A stretch of 64,000 nucleotides of DNA, from contig OZ038378.1 in assembly GCA_964036045.1 (NCBI GenBank), positions 42,842,001-42,906,000 on the forward strand, read 5' to 3'. Of the stretch, positions 24,583 to 35,750 are shown in pieces. Origin of the DNA: Eutreptiella sp. 'Long Island Sound 2002'. Taxonomy: Eukaryota > Protista > Euglenida. The notes under the pieces are model-generated. The model was given only the letters and a program-made list of their open reading frames with translations, was not told the origin of the DNA and did not search any database. The position numbers were made by a program, and so were the translations under genes. Numbering within the stretch: position 1 is the stretch's first letter; every line of letters starts with the position of its first letter.

Positions 24583-26039
24583 CTACGGGCTTGCAGTGCC
24601 TATGGAGCTCCCAGAGCCATGGGCCTCGGGGGGTGTGGGGGGCTTGAAGGCAGGGTTAGTGGCGGCCTCCACCAGGGCGTCCCCCGGGTAACGCTTCTCA
24701 ACAGCGTCATGGCTGTCCAAGGCAGTTTTATACCCCGGCACCACTAACTCGAAGGACAGCCCCCCCTCCTTTTGGCCAAGCAGCAGGCGCGCGGTGGCGG
24801 CCACTGCTGAGAGCTCCCCCTTCACCTTCTCTGCCTGGGACTTCCCGGCCTGGCTCCCCGCCATAAGGTACTTCACACCGTCGCTCACCCCCCCCCCCGC
24901 CGCCGCTACCCCCCCCCCCTCTTCCGCTCCCCCCACCTCCTGCTGCTGCCCCGGCTTGGGCTTGGGTTTGCAGGCCTGCGCCCGCAGCAGGTCCCGCTCC
25001 CGCTCCGCTGCCGTTGCCCGCCGCTCCGCCTCCTACGCCCGCTGCTCTGCCTCCTGGAGCTTGCCCCGCAGGAGGAGAACCTCCCCCTCTGCCGCCACCG
25101 CCCGCTTTTGCCACTCGGGCATGGCCCCCGCCTGCGCCGCCACCCACGCGTCCACGTGCGCTGCCGGCGGGGGCTTTGCAGCCGAGGGCTGGCCCCCGAC
25201 TTGGCGGGCAGTTTGGGGGCCTTGCGGGGCCGGCCCACCTTGCCCCTGGACCCGCCGCTCCTGGAGCTTCGCATGGAGGAGGCATCGTCCCCCTCCCCCT
25301 CCCCCTCCTCCGCATCCACGTCCACCACTCCCCCCACCTCCCCCAAATGCCGGCGTTGCTCCTCCTTTGCTCGGGTGAGCATTTGGAGCCAGGCGTAGCT
25401 CATGTGCTCCTCCACCCGGTCCCCCCATCCCCTCACCCCCGTCACCGCCAACACTGCCAACCGCCTCAACTGTCCCTCTGGCACCCCCGCCTCACCCTGC
25501 ACGCAACAATCCATCCTCCAATGCCCTCCAGGAAGCCAGTATGCGTAGAGGGCAATAATCCTCTCCCCCTCCTTCCAACCTCCCCCGGGGTTGGGGTAGG
25601 TGATGGCGCAGGGGAAGGACATTTTGAGGGGCGGCTCCCGCGCCCCATCCTGCGTCTCCACCTCGATCTCCCACGTCGTCGCCACGAACTCCTCCCTTGC
25701 CCGCTTCCGTCCCGGGAGGTCCAGCTTCCATCCGAACGGGGGCTGGGACCGCACCATGGAGAGGGTGGTGATGGGGGGGAGGTCCGACGGGTAGGCCGTG
25801 GCACCGGTTCCTGCCACCGGGTTTGCGACGACCACGGGGTCGGGGCCCGGGGCTGGAGGGGGGGCCGCGGGAACGGCCGGTCGGATGTCTGCGGGCGGGC
25901 GCCGGCCGAACTCGAGGGCACGTCGAAGGACAAGTGGCCGCCCGTGCCCGGCTGTGCAGGAGCACTGGTGTGCCCGGCCGGGCGGAATCGCTTCTGGGCG
26001 GCCACGGCCGCTCGGGGGTCGGGCAGCCAGCAGTGCCAT
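24583..26039 (-). pseudogene. Cassette gene B: unknown protein with AT-hook-like motif, acidic tract and coiled coil (frameshift plus TAG)
   Basis: ORF 24906-26039 (...FPCAITYPNPGGGWKEGERIIALYAYW..., DAEEGEGEGDD, VGRPRK) shifts into ...EVLLLRGKLQEAEQRA*EAERRATAAERERDLLRAQ..., which continues as 24583-24936. Confidence 0.6.
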
Positions 26040-26088
26040 GGCTCCTGAGAATGAGATGAAATGGAAAAATGTAAATATTCATGTGAAA

Positions 26089-26164
26089 TTCGCGCGAACT
26101 TCGCGAGAAATTCGTGAATGAGCATATTCGAATGCGAAGCACACGGTTGCGAACTTCGCGCGAA
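26089..26164. promoter_or_regulatory. Cluster of TTCGCGCGAA-like 10-mers upstream of gene B
   Basis: Exact copies at 26089 and 26155, variant TTCGCGAGAA at 26100, in an AT-rich intergenic gap. Confidence 0.6.
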
Positions 26165-26189
26165 TACGGGGTAGAAAACAATGCATACC

Positions 26190-28099
26190 TCACATTCACA
26201 CGGGCAAGTCACAGTCCACGTCCCCCTCTTGGACTCCTTCGCCCGCTTCCACTCTGGCACAGCGTGGAGCAGCCGCCACGCGCGGGCCGGGCGCGTGGGG
26301 GGCAGCGTAGCCCCAAGTGCCCATGTCACCTCCGCGTCCCCGTCGGTCGAGTCCGCCTTCACCACCTCCATCTCATACGCCCCGTTCCACATAAGGATTT
26401 CCCCCTCGCGCACGGTGACGGGGGAGATGCCGTGCGCGGAGGGCGAGAGGAACAGGGGATGGTGTGTGCACACCGGGGGGCCTGGCTACACCTCGGGGGG
26501 GGCTGAAGACTTCGTCCACCACCTCCCGGCTGGCCAGCCCCACCCGAGCCTCCAATCCAACACCCAACAGCAACAGTTGCCCGAACGTGGGCACGTCCTC
26601 CCCCACCCCCCTTTCCAGCAGGCCGAGGCAGTCCTTGAGCTCCAGGGGGGTGGGGGGGTCCAGATGCGTCGTATTTGGCTTAACCCCCGAATGACGCCGA
26701 TCGGGGGTCCACTGCGTAAACAATGCCCCCTGCATCTTTTGCCCGGGGGGAGAGGGGAGCCCGTGGTGCCGGGCAGTGCTGACCATGACGAGGACCTCCC
26801 CCTGCTCGAGGAGGACCTTGTCCCACCTCTCCTCCGTGGCCTCCCCCGGCGCCTTTCCCGCCTGGATGTTGAGGCGGTACTGGGGGGAGAGGGCCACGAA
26901 GGTGGAGATGTGGCAGTTGGAGGGGTGGCGGTCAGGGGGGGGGAGCATGTCGGGGGCGGTGGAGACATCCGTGTGCGGGAGCTGGTCCCCCGACTCAGCA
27001 TCCGGCACGATGACCGAACACGGCATCTGAAACAAGTCCTCGAACGGATCGGGGACACGGTCCTGCAAGGAGTCAATAAACTTTTGAATAAGGGCACCAG
27101 CCAGCCCCCCGGTTTTGGAGGGCTTGGACTGGTACCGCTGGGGGAGGGTGGGGTCCTTCCTCTGCTCCTCCACCGGTTTCACATTGAACACCGGGTCAAA
27201 ATGTTGAGGAACTTGGTTCCCCCCCCCCCAATTTTTTTCCACCTTCCCCTAGGTGGTCTTGCAGTCCTCCGCGAGAAGAATATCGCGGTGGACTCTGTAG
27301 CCAAGGCCGTCCACGGAGTTGCGAGCCATCGGGGGGGCTGGGCGGTCAGCCTTCACGGAGGGGTTAGCGGTGGCATACGAGGGGGGGTCCTGCAGGGGTG
27401 CCGTGCGCAAGGGGGGCTCGGGCGTAATGAAGGGGGGGGGGTCCGCGATTCCCCGATACCAACCGAGCCCCTTCATCCTATGGAGAGTGGGCACAGTGAT
27501 ATCGGGGATGTGGTGGAGAGGGGGCACGGTCGGGTGGCTGGGCAAGATGCCCATATCGTCCCACCACTGGGCCTGCACTCCCTGCCATTGAAAAGGAAGG
27601 TTAGAATGGTTAGCCTGCGGCTCACCGGCAGGAAAATAGTTATTGATGGCAATCATGTCCATCCTCATGGGGCAGTGAACGAGGCCAGTGGTGGGGTAGA
27701 TGGCACAAGGCCAGGCTTGGGCTTGCCCACGGTGTGCGTGGCCATGATTCCCAAAAGGCTCTCCGCCGTGTCGCGGGTGGGAATGAGCCGGACGGCCCGC
27801 AACCCCGGGAGGGCCACCTGCAACTCCGGGAAAAGGCGAGTGGCCCAACCTTTTTTCCCAAACCATCCCGCCCTTTCGGGGGTGCGCATGTCCACATGGA
27901 TGAAGTGGGGGGGGGTGGCCAACCCTTTCGCCCAACCCACCACCTCCTCCACTGCCAGGGCCCCCGTGTACGTGGCCTCCTCCAACGTGCCGGCGCGAAG
28001 GGAAAGGCCCTGGTAGCGGCGGCCTAGGGTGCCGTCGGCCGGGTCGGGGAGGGAGAGGGACCCGATCTGGGACATGGGGATCGACTGCAGGGTGGACAT
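26190..28099 (-). pseudogene. Cassette gene A: multidomain protein with a 2OG-Fe(II) dioxygenase-like (DSBH) domain (two frameshifts, one TAG)
   Basis: Starts MSTLQSIP (28099). The core reads GYRVHRDILLAEDC...QRYQ...SVIVPDAESGDQLPHTD (H-x-D at 26967-26975)...ISTFVALS...GEVLVMVSTARHHG (His at 26763-26768)...QGALFTQW. In-frame TAG at 27249-27251. Confidence 0.65.
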
Positions 28100-28162
28100 G
28101 GTCACAGAAAAAGCGAAAGTGAGGTCTGAACAAAAAACATACGACAAGAACAACATGCTGAC

Positions 28163-28270
28163 GCGAAAAGCAAAGGATATTCGCGCGAATGTGAAGGCAC
28201 ATATGAATGCGAATTTAGTGGCAAATTTGGGTTGGGAATGCGAACGCGAATTCGAATTTTATTTGCGAAT
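28163..28270. promoter_or_regulatory. TTCGCGCGAA plus multiple GCGAA(T) half-sites upstream of gene A
   Basis: Exact copy at 28180-28189 and about six gcgaa half-sites within ~100 bp. Confidence 0.5.
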
Positions 28271-28412
28271 TTAAGCTACATTATGACCTATTCAAGCTAC
28301 AAATTGTGCGGTACGAATTTTTATGAATTTTAAGTGAAGTAAGCACCGCAAACAGGCACAAAGACAGGGCACAACAGGCAAAACGGGCTGAAAATCAGCA
28401 AAGTGAGCGTAC

Positions 28413-29466
28413 TCATTCAAAAGTTCCGTTCACAGTGGGTACAAACTCCTCGGTGTTTGCACCCACTATGTACGGCTTGTTACACAGCGGATCGAACACG
28501 AGGCACAAGAAAGTGCGCGTTGGGGAAACCAAACAACAAGCGCAGCACCCAATGTTCATTGCGCACATTATATATTTGCGCCGCAAGCAAGGGAGGCACA
28601 TAGACCATATCAATGGACGCTGCTTCCAAGGTACGCAGAACCCATGACTCAGACAACACCTTCTTACGACCCCACGGCGCAGATGACGCATTCCACAACG
28701 AGTCACGCACGACCCACGCCACACCCATAACAACCCAGTCCACACTCAAAGCTGTCCGAGTGAGCCACCAGTAATACACAACAATCTCCGCACTATCTGT
28801 GACGTAAGATTCTGAGTAAACATCCCTCAAATGGCATGCCTCCAACCTATATTGTTGAGACCCCGACATTGGAGCGATCACGTCAAGTGGTCGTTCCCAT
28901 TCGTCATGGAGAGATGACTCAACATGTTGCAATTGGGCCGTAGGGCTGCCTGGGCCATTAGTTAGCGCATGGCACACTGCGGCCAAGACGTCATCTCCAC
29001 AAACAGGCCTCGTATTAACCATTCCAGTCTGTGACGGCTGGGTGGTATTAGAGCACGGGGGTGGGGGGACAGTCTCCGTCGGAGCATTGGGATGGTCGTC
29101 CAATTTCTCCATGGCTAGAGGCGGGCTAGTAGGAGAGGCATTTGCGGACGTAATCGCGGGGAGGCTGCCATCGCCACCCGGGTGTGGGGAGGGTTGGGGA
29201 CAGGGCACACGGGGAGGAGGGGGTATTTTCAGCATGGGATTGCGTGGGATGCAAGATCTTCCCAACCTCAACCTCCTCCTCCCACTTTTGCAAGACCCAT
29301 CACGACTCATCTCTGCCTTTAAACTTGCGAGCAACGCACTCCTCACCTTCCAAACACCACATGCACCCCTCGCAATAGACACACCAAAAGAAAACTTTCT
29401 GATGGCACTGCCCACAAGTGAAGGGGGGGCGGTACAGGTGCACGGAATGCCACCGCTTGCTTCCAC
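28413..29466 (-). pseudogene. Ulp1/SENP (C48) protease-like segment, frameshifted and probably truncated
   Basis: IYNVRNEHWVLRLL (HW at 28549-28554), then CLVFDPL in the +1 frame. The catalytic Q..C motif was not seen. It lies directly downstream of the MULE transposase. Confidence 0.5.
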
Positions 29467-31380
29467 AGTCCAATTCCCGCTTCACAAGGGGTGCAACGGC
29501 AAGGGTCTCACCGTCACAGCTACCATCCGATGAGGAATCAGAAACAGAATCACAATCAGAATTGGAGTCTGATAATTCTTGGCTCCTCTTGGCTGCTTTC
29601 TTTTTTTTGGGGCCTCCTTGTGACTTCACAGCACGCAAATGAGGCGCTTCAACGCGGGTTACAACGGTGCGTCTCACACGACCAAACTTAAAGGGACGGG
29701 AACCAACAAACTTCCAGGAGTAGCGCAAAAGCACCTTGAAGCCGGGTTCCACAAGAAGCCACAACAAACACCTTCCCAAACACCTAATGTGCAACATGTG
29801 GCACATGTGCAAGCCTCGGCTGTGACACGGTGAACCCTCAAGAAGTCCACAAACTGGGGCCATGTGACAGCCTCCGTTAGATATGGTGGCCAAGGTTTTC
29901 TTCTACTGGGGCACTTGCATGCCATCAATGGGGGGGTACTCCCGGACAGGCTTGCCGCTGGCAGCCCGCTTTCGTGATGCAACACCTTGATGGAAGAAGA
30001 TTGCATCTCCATCATCGAACAAGATTGCATCATGAAGTATGCATTGGGCCTCTTGCCACATCCAAGGAGCAGGCTGCATAGCTTTACCCCCTAGTTGTTC
30101 GCGGCCTTTTGTCCATTGTTCACCCATTCGAGGCATAGCGTCTTGCAGAAACTCACGCAGCCCGTGCAACTTGTGCCCACTAAGAAGTTTCATACAAAAA
30201 GCTCTTGACTCTGCAGGTGTGCTACACTGGACACCGGGGTCGGAGTGGCCCACATGCCACCCTTGGCGTTTGTCGATATATTCTTTTTGGGCATGCTCCA
30301 AATAATGGGGAGTTGCCGCATAATGGTCACTTAACGCGACCCAACCACCTTTGAAAACGGATGTGCTCCAACTGAGATGCACGTCCCCGATGGCTGCGTG
30401 GACTTCTACCCGGGTGGAGCGGTCCGAGATAACCTTCTTCAAAGCCTTCAGCATTGCTCTTTGTGCGTGCCAGTAGCACACAAGCCACACAATTGCAACC
30501 CACACTCGCTTTGCTGCATTATACATGGTGGGGTCACCATTGCTCATGAACTTTCCCACGCTCCAAATGAAGCGTGGATAGCGGGTGGATATGGCACGGC
30601 TCGTGCACTCCAGAATGAAGTGCAAAGCATAAGTGTTCTCCTTTTCTGCAAGACTAAAGGAAAAAAGTGCGGTGGTGTCGTTCATGGTGAGGCCCCCCAA
30701 AAGCAGAATGCGGAGGCGTTGCCATATCACCTTGCCAGTACCGTCCAACCAACACCATGGCACCTGGCCTGATCGCTGGCATTCTTCAAAGATTAGTCTA
30801 GCAGTTTCCAAGAAACGGTTCGTACCAAAAACAATGGCCACGAAAGGGTCAAGCTTGTAATAAAAAAAATGACCTCATCTGGCAGTTGACTGCCCATGGG
30901 CCATGCGTCCAATATGGCGCAGAACTCCTGATATGTCATGTTCATGCCATGACCGTACCTTTTGCGACGCCATCCCTGCAGGAATGTGCGTATCTTCTCC
31001 TGTAGGCGGGTGTTGCTCATTTGGTGGCATACTTTTTTTTCATTTTGCAACTTATATGCAATCTCATTGGGAGACTGCCGATATTCAAAATATTGCTGCT
31101 CGATAAGATTGCGGCCAGCCTCTTGTGACCAGACGCCTCGCCTTATGCCCATTGTGCGATGGGCGCAGTCATCGCAGTCAGGTGTAGTAACTTCAACGAA
31201 CCACATCCCAGCTGAGGCAGCATCTCTCCGCACTTTCGCAACAGCAGCACAACCCTGCCAAGATCCCTTACCGGTAGGACGGGTGAGACAACACAACGCA
31301 TCACAATCGTTGCTCTGTGTGTACCTGTACTTGAACCCATTCACACGAAATGCATGCAACACATCCTTTTTTTTTTTCAT
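29300..31380 (-). mobile_element. Mutator-like (MULE) transposase, frameshifted, with degenerate SWIM and Cys-rich tail
   Basis: N-terminal WRKY/FLYWCH-like KYRYTQ...C..C...H (30793-31380). Core LDGTGK...FMSNGDPTMYNAAKRVW...CYWH (30467-30478)...STPAES (29903-30841). SWIM-like ACTCATCC (~29800) and CGQCHQKVFFWCVYCEGC. Confidence 0.85.
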
Positions 31381-31464
31381 ACTCCTTCATTTCATCTGAT
31401 GAAGAACCCTCCTCCTATGTCCCATCCTCCGTGTGTGTGTCAACATCCATCTGAACAGAGCGTT

Positions 31465-31800
31465 GATTGTGAGTCCCTAACCCCAACTCGAGGGGCCATG
31501 CAACAAAGCGTGGATTGTGAGTCCCTAACCCCAACTCGAGGGGCCATGCAATAGAGCGTGGATTGTGAGTCCCTAACCCCAACTCGAGGGGCCACGCAAA
31601 AAAGCGTGGATTGTGAGTCCCTAACCCCAACTCAAAGGGCCACGCAAAAAAGTGTGGATTGTGAGTCCCTAACCCCAACTCGAGGGGCCACGCAACAAAG
31701 TGTGGATTGGGAGTCCCTAACCCCAACTCAAGGGGCCACGCAACAAAGCGTGGATTGTGAGTCCCTAACCCCAACTCGAGGGGCCACGCAACAAAGCGTG
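31465..31800. repeat. 48-bp minisatellite x7 containing CCCTAA
   Basis: Unit gattgtgagtccctaaccccaactcgaggggcca(c/t)gcaacaaagcgtg, starting at 31465, 31513, 31561, 31609, 31657, 31705 and 31753. Confidence 0.95.
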
Positions 31801-31839
31801 GGAAAAAAAAAGAAGGGAAAGAAAGTGGGAGGCAAAATT

Positions 31840-32330
31840 GCATTCTCGGGGATCCCCAACAAAGGGGAGCAAAATCAGAAGTGGCCGCCTCTCGGGGGCC
31901 CAAAAGAGGGCGGAAATGCTACATCACCCCTGCATTCTCGGGGATCCCCAACATAGGGGAACAAAATCAGAAGTGGCTGCCTCACCCCTACCTTCTCGGG
32001 GTCCCAAAAGAGGGCGGAAGTGCAACATCACCCCTGCGTTCTCGGGGGTCCCCTACATAAGGGGACGGAAACAAAAGTGGCCCACAAGTGGGCGGAAGTG
32101 CTACGTAACACCTATGTTCTTGGGGGTCCCCAAAAAGGGGTTCAAAAGTGGCCCGCGCCGGGCTCCTGGAAAAAATCCCATACTGGGGGTCCTTAAGGGC
32201 GGTCCTTAACCAAAAAAAGTGTTGGACCACCCTGCCTCACCAGGCCAGTGGAAAAAAGCCCCTCAGAGCGGGGGGCAAGATCAGAAGTGGCCAACAAGTG
32301 GCCCGCAAGTCCTAAAGCCTAGTTCTTTTG
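31840..32330. repeat. Degenerate subterminal repeats
   Basis: Recurring ttctcgggg(at)cccc, aaaatcagaagtggc and gagggcggaa.tgc.acatcacccctgc. Confidence 0.6.
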
Positions 32331-32344
32331 TTTTTGGAGGTTCT

Positions 32345-32461
32345 GAAACCTAGTAAGAAAAAATACTTTTTTTTTACTAGGTTCCCGATACCTAGTAAAA
32401 ACTAGTGAACCTAGTAAACTGTTACCTAGTAAAAAAATTTTTTTTACTAGGTTTTACTACA
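32345..32461 (-). repeat. Right terminal CCTAGTAAAA/TTTTACTAGG array; candidate right TIR
   Basis: The reverse complement begins tgtagtaaaacctagtaaaaa, identical to 12570-12590. Internal palindrome cctagtaaaaaaattttttttactagg at 32425-32451. Confidence 0.65.
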
Positions 32462-33256
32462 GACCCCACGTGGCCCCCTGGGCTGCGGATTGCCACCCAA
32501 CCCCAGAGCACCACGAAGGTCCCCAACCGTGTGTCGGGGCCCATGTGCCGCGGCCAAGAGGTCCGGCAGCCGAACCACTTGGAGCTGCAGCCCCGGTCCC
32601 ACCTTGTACCCCGGCTTGCCCTGCAGCACCCGGACTTCCGGGTCAACCGCCGCGAGCTGGGCCGCCACCGTGGGCAGGTGGAGGGACAGGGTCCAGGGCC
32701 GGAAGAGCCCAGGACAGTTAGGACACTACCACCCGGGCTTGCCACAGCTGCAGGTCCATACCCGTGGGTGTGGGTATGCCAGCTGCACACCCACCCAAGG
32801 GAGGCTTCTTGTAGGGGTGCCAGGTCCCTCCAAGGAACTACCGGGAAGGGGGTGAGCAAGGCTGCCACCCCGCACAGCAGTGCCACCGCCCACACCACCT
32901 TGGCAGCGGCGACCACGGCCAGCAGCCCTCCACTCTGTGCCGCCTCCACCACGTCGCGCAGCAGAACGGCTTGGTCACCAGAGCGGGCAAGGCGCACTGC
33001 ACCCACCTTGGCGACCGTCTGCAGATGCAGAAGCAGCTCCTGGTGGACACCTGACGGGACATGTGTCCTCCACACATGACATGGGGATTGTGGCAAGTGG
33101 TACCCAGGAAAGCAAACCCGTGGCATTTGGATTTGCAGACGACAGGATGCCAAAGCCAGTGTGTCTAAATCTGGACATACTGTTGGTGCTGCACTTCAAC
33201 AATGTTGAGCGTTAGTTGCAGTCGTCTATCACTTACCCTGTTCACATGACAGACAC

Positions 33257-33413
33257 CTGAAGAAATTCGCCCCTCGCGCAAGCAGTGTGGACCGCAGGGC
33301 CATCACTCTGGTGCCCCCGACGTTGAGCCGTACAATCTCGTCATCAAGCTCATCCTTGTTGAGACGCTCCGAACGCTTCTGGCGGCGGCCCGCACGAGGT
33401 CGGTAGTTGTAGT
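33257..33413 (-). CDS. BTB/POZ protein, exon encoding the N-terminal half of the domain
   Basis: cttgcag|AC TAC AAC... gives YNYRPRAGRRQKRSERLNKDELDDEIVRLNVGGTRVMALRSTLLARGANFF-AG|gt. VRLNVGG...RSTL is the BTB_2 start. Upstream exons were not firmly located. Confidence 0.85.
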
Positions 33414-34329
33414 CTGCAAGAAGCCACACGGTCTCGCAACGCAGCGATCCAACATCCCACATTGCGCCTGCCCTATTTTAGGTGTTGGATTGCAAGGATG
33501 CCATTGCAAGGGCTCTACTCGCTGTTGTTTGCAAAGATGTGCAGGCACATTGGCCGCTTGAAAAAATAATCCACAACTTGGGGGGCCACACGCCTGTGAC
33601 CATTGCATGTCCAAACAGTCACAGCATCGCACCAATGACCAAGATCATCTGTGCCATCTTGAGCAGCACCGCCAGGTACTGCACGGGTGCTCTTGGGTTT
33701 TGCACCAATGCCGGCGTGAACGCACAACGCACAACTGTTTTTGTCCACTGCCAGCAGCGGCCAAACGCTTAGTACTTTCGAAACTCATCGAGTTTGGAGG
33801 TGCTGCTATCTCACATCCCGAACCTGAAATGTTGTTTGTGCTCAGTCAATTCCACCACTGCAACCTGCGCACTGCAACTTACACGACTTGCTCTTCTTAT
33901 CACTGTGCCAGCAGATCTCAATTTCGGAATGGGTGGAAAAAGCGACACCAGGACTCCCCTGGGTGCCAGCCTCGTTTTTTCCATTTTCTGCCCAATCTAT
34001 TCGTCAACTTGTCAAAGCGAACCACGAGTCTTTCAGACCAAGGCCCCAGACTCTACTTTGGGGAACGAGAACATCACCCTGCACCCAACATATCAGGACC
34101 ATCCAACGCAAAGACGATGCCTTTGGTCCAATCCTTGGCAAACTTGGAATTTCAGGAGCACAATGCTTCCATCACACTGACTGAGCTTGTTTGAAAACTG
34201 AGGCGTCCCTCCACCGGAAACAGAGGTTTGTGGCTGAGCAGTGGTGCGGCAACAGTTGCAAATACTCATCTCAGATCACATTGATGTTGACCATTTTTCA
34301 GTAATAATGCGAACTGAATATCTCTCGGC

Positions 34330-35750
34330 ATCAGTGGGGATTGTGCCAACTTTGTGCGTTTTTGGAGGTTGCAGCCCTTGTTGCCTCATTTGTGCCCACT
34401 GAGTGTCCCGAAGGGGGGGGGGTATCCAGGGTATATCCGGAAAGCCCTTGAAAAGGGCTGTTTGGAACACCCGGGTGCTGTACTGACGACATATTTGACA
34501 ATTTCCTCCGTTTGGACAGTGCGCGTGCTGCCTTCTGCCCCTTTTTGTCAACAGGCACGCACCATGTCTGCCTGCAAATTCACGCGACGGGCTGTTGCCT
34601 GATGCACCACAGAAACCTTTGGTTCGTAAAAGAGCACGCTCTGGGGGTGTGAAGTGGGTGGTCCTGGCTATGTATGGTTAAAATCAGGGTACAGTGAGGC
34701 CATTCCATGGCGCAAGGTCCGGTTGACCAAACAACGAAACGTGGAGCTCACAACTGATGGCCTGTGGGCTATGCCTCTTAAGACAGGGTGGGTGCCAGCG
34801 AAGGAACGCAGGCTGCAGGATTGGGAAAAATTGAAGAAAAATGTCCCTGTCCACAACAGGGCAATGTTTGTCCCAATTCTATCCCAGCCCTGCCTGAAAA
34901 AGGCAACGCAAATGATGATGATGATTCAGAATAAATGTGATGGAACTATGCAGTGCATGTGTATGTTTCTGAAACGGACTTTGCTCACAGATTTCAAAAA
35001 GTATCCCCCCCCCCCCTGCATGGTGACATGTTTGCACATAGGAGCAGGACTTTTAAAAAAACTTGGCACATTATGAATGAGGCTGAGATATTGGAAGGCA
35101 CTGACATTGGTCAGTGTCTCATGGTGCTCGAGGGCAGTTTGACTGCTGGACATCAGCGGTGTTGGTGGGCAGTCAAGTGTTGGCGGTGGGCAGTGCATAT
35201 TCAATCCCCAAGTGCAGATTCAATCCCCAGAGGCTGTCAACTTTTTGTCGTGGAAAATGTTGCATTACGTCAGAGAAGCTTGCCGATTTCCTCCGCCTGA
35301 AGTTGCGGGCACTGGAGATCGGGTCTGCATGTTTGTGAAAAAATTGGGGGCCAGACCTCGGGATGCCCCCTCTCTGAGCCCCTGCCCGTCACATGGGGAG
35401 ACCCAAAGACCAAGACGTCGGTGTGTCTTCTCCTTGCAGAAAAGGTCTCTGGTTGGCATCTGGTTGACGTTTCCACTTGTTGTCTGGACCAACATTCCCG
35501 GTGCCCCAGGTTATCGGTCCCTGCGGCTCTGTGGCTACCCCGTCTTTAGCAAATGATTTTTTTTTCATCTCGGACGAACACAAGCCACTCAATATGTCAT
35601 TTGCAGCCTTACTTACCAGACTGAGATGCAAACGCACTTGTCAGGGAAGAAGTGACCTTGGCCCAGAGGCTTGCGCTTGAAGTCGACCGGATCGCCACCC
35701 TCCAATGGCTGCTGTGGTGGCACTGGGACCTGAAATGAACATTCCCACAA
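34330..35750 (+). mobile_element. Degenerate LINE fragment (same family as 48.1-50.6 kb)
   Basis: Nucleotide homology to 48530-49100, for example ggaaagcccttgaaaagggct.tttggaacac, aaatcagggtacagtgag and caggctgcaggattgggaaaaa. Confidence 0.7.

Noticed and set aside
26181-28016. 611-aa plus-strand ORF
   Set aside because: It is the in-register antisense shadow of the GC-rich minus-strand dioxygenase gene, and the catalytic motifs are on the minus strand.
28290-28310. CACAATT on the minus strand as a Transib/RSS-like terminus of the cassette
   Set aside because: No matching inverted end or 5-bp TSD was found near 21200.
31465-31800. CRISPR-like appearance of the regular 48-bp (and 96/161-bp) repeats
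   Set aside because: The units are contiguous without unique spacers, there are no cas genes, and the context is eukaryotic.
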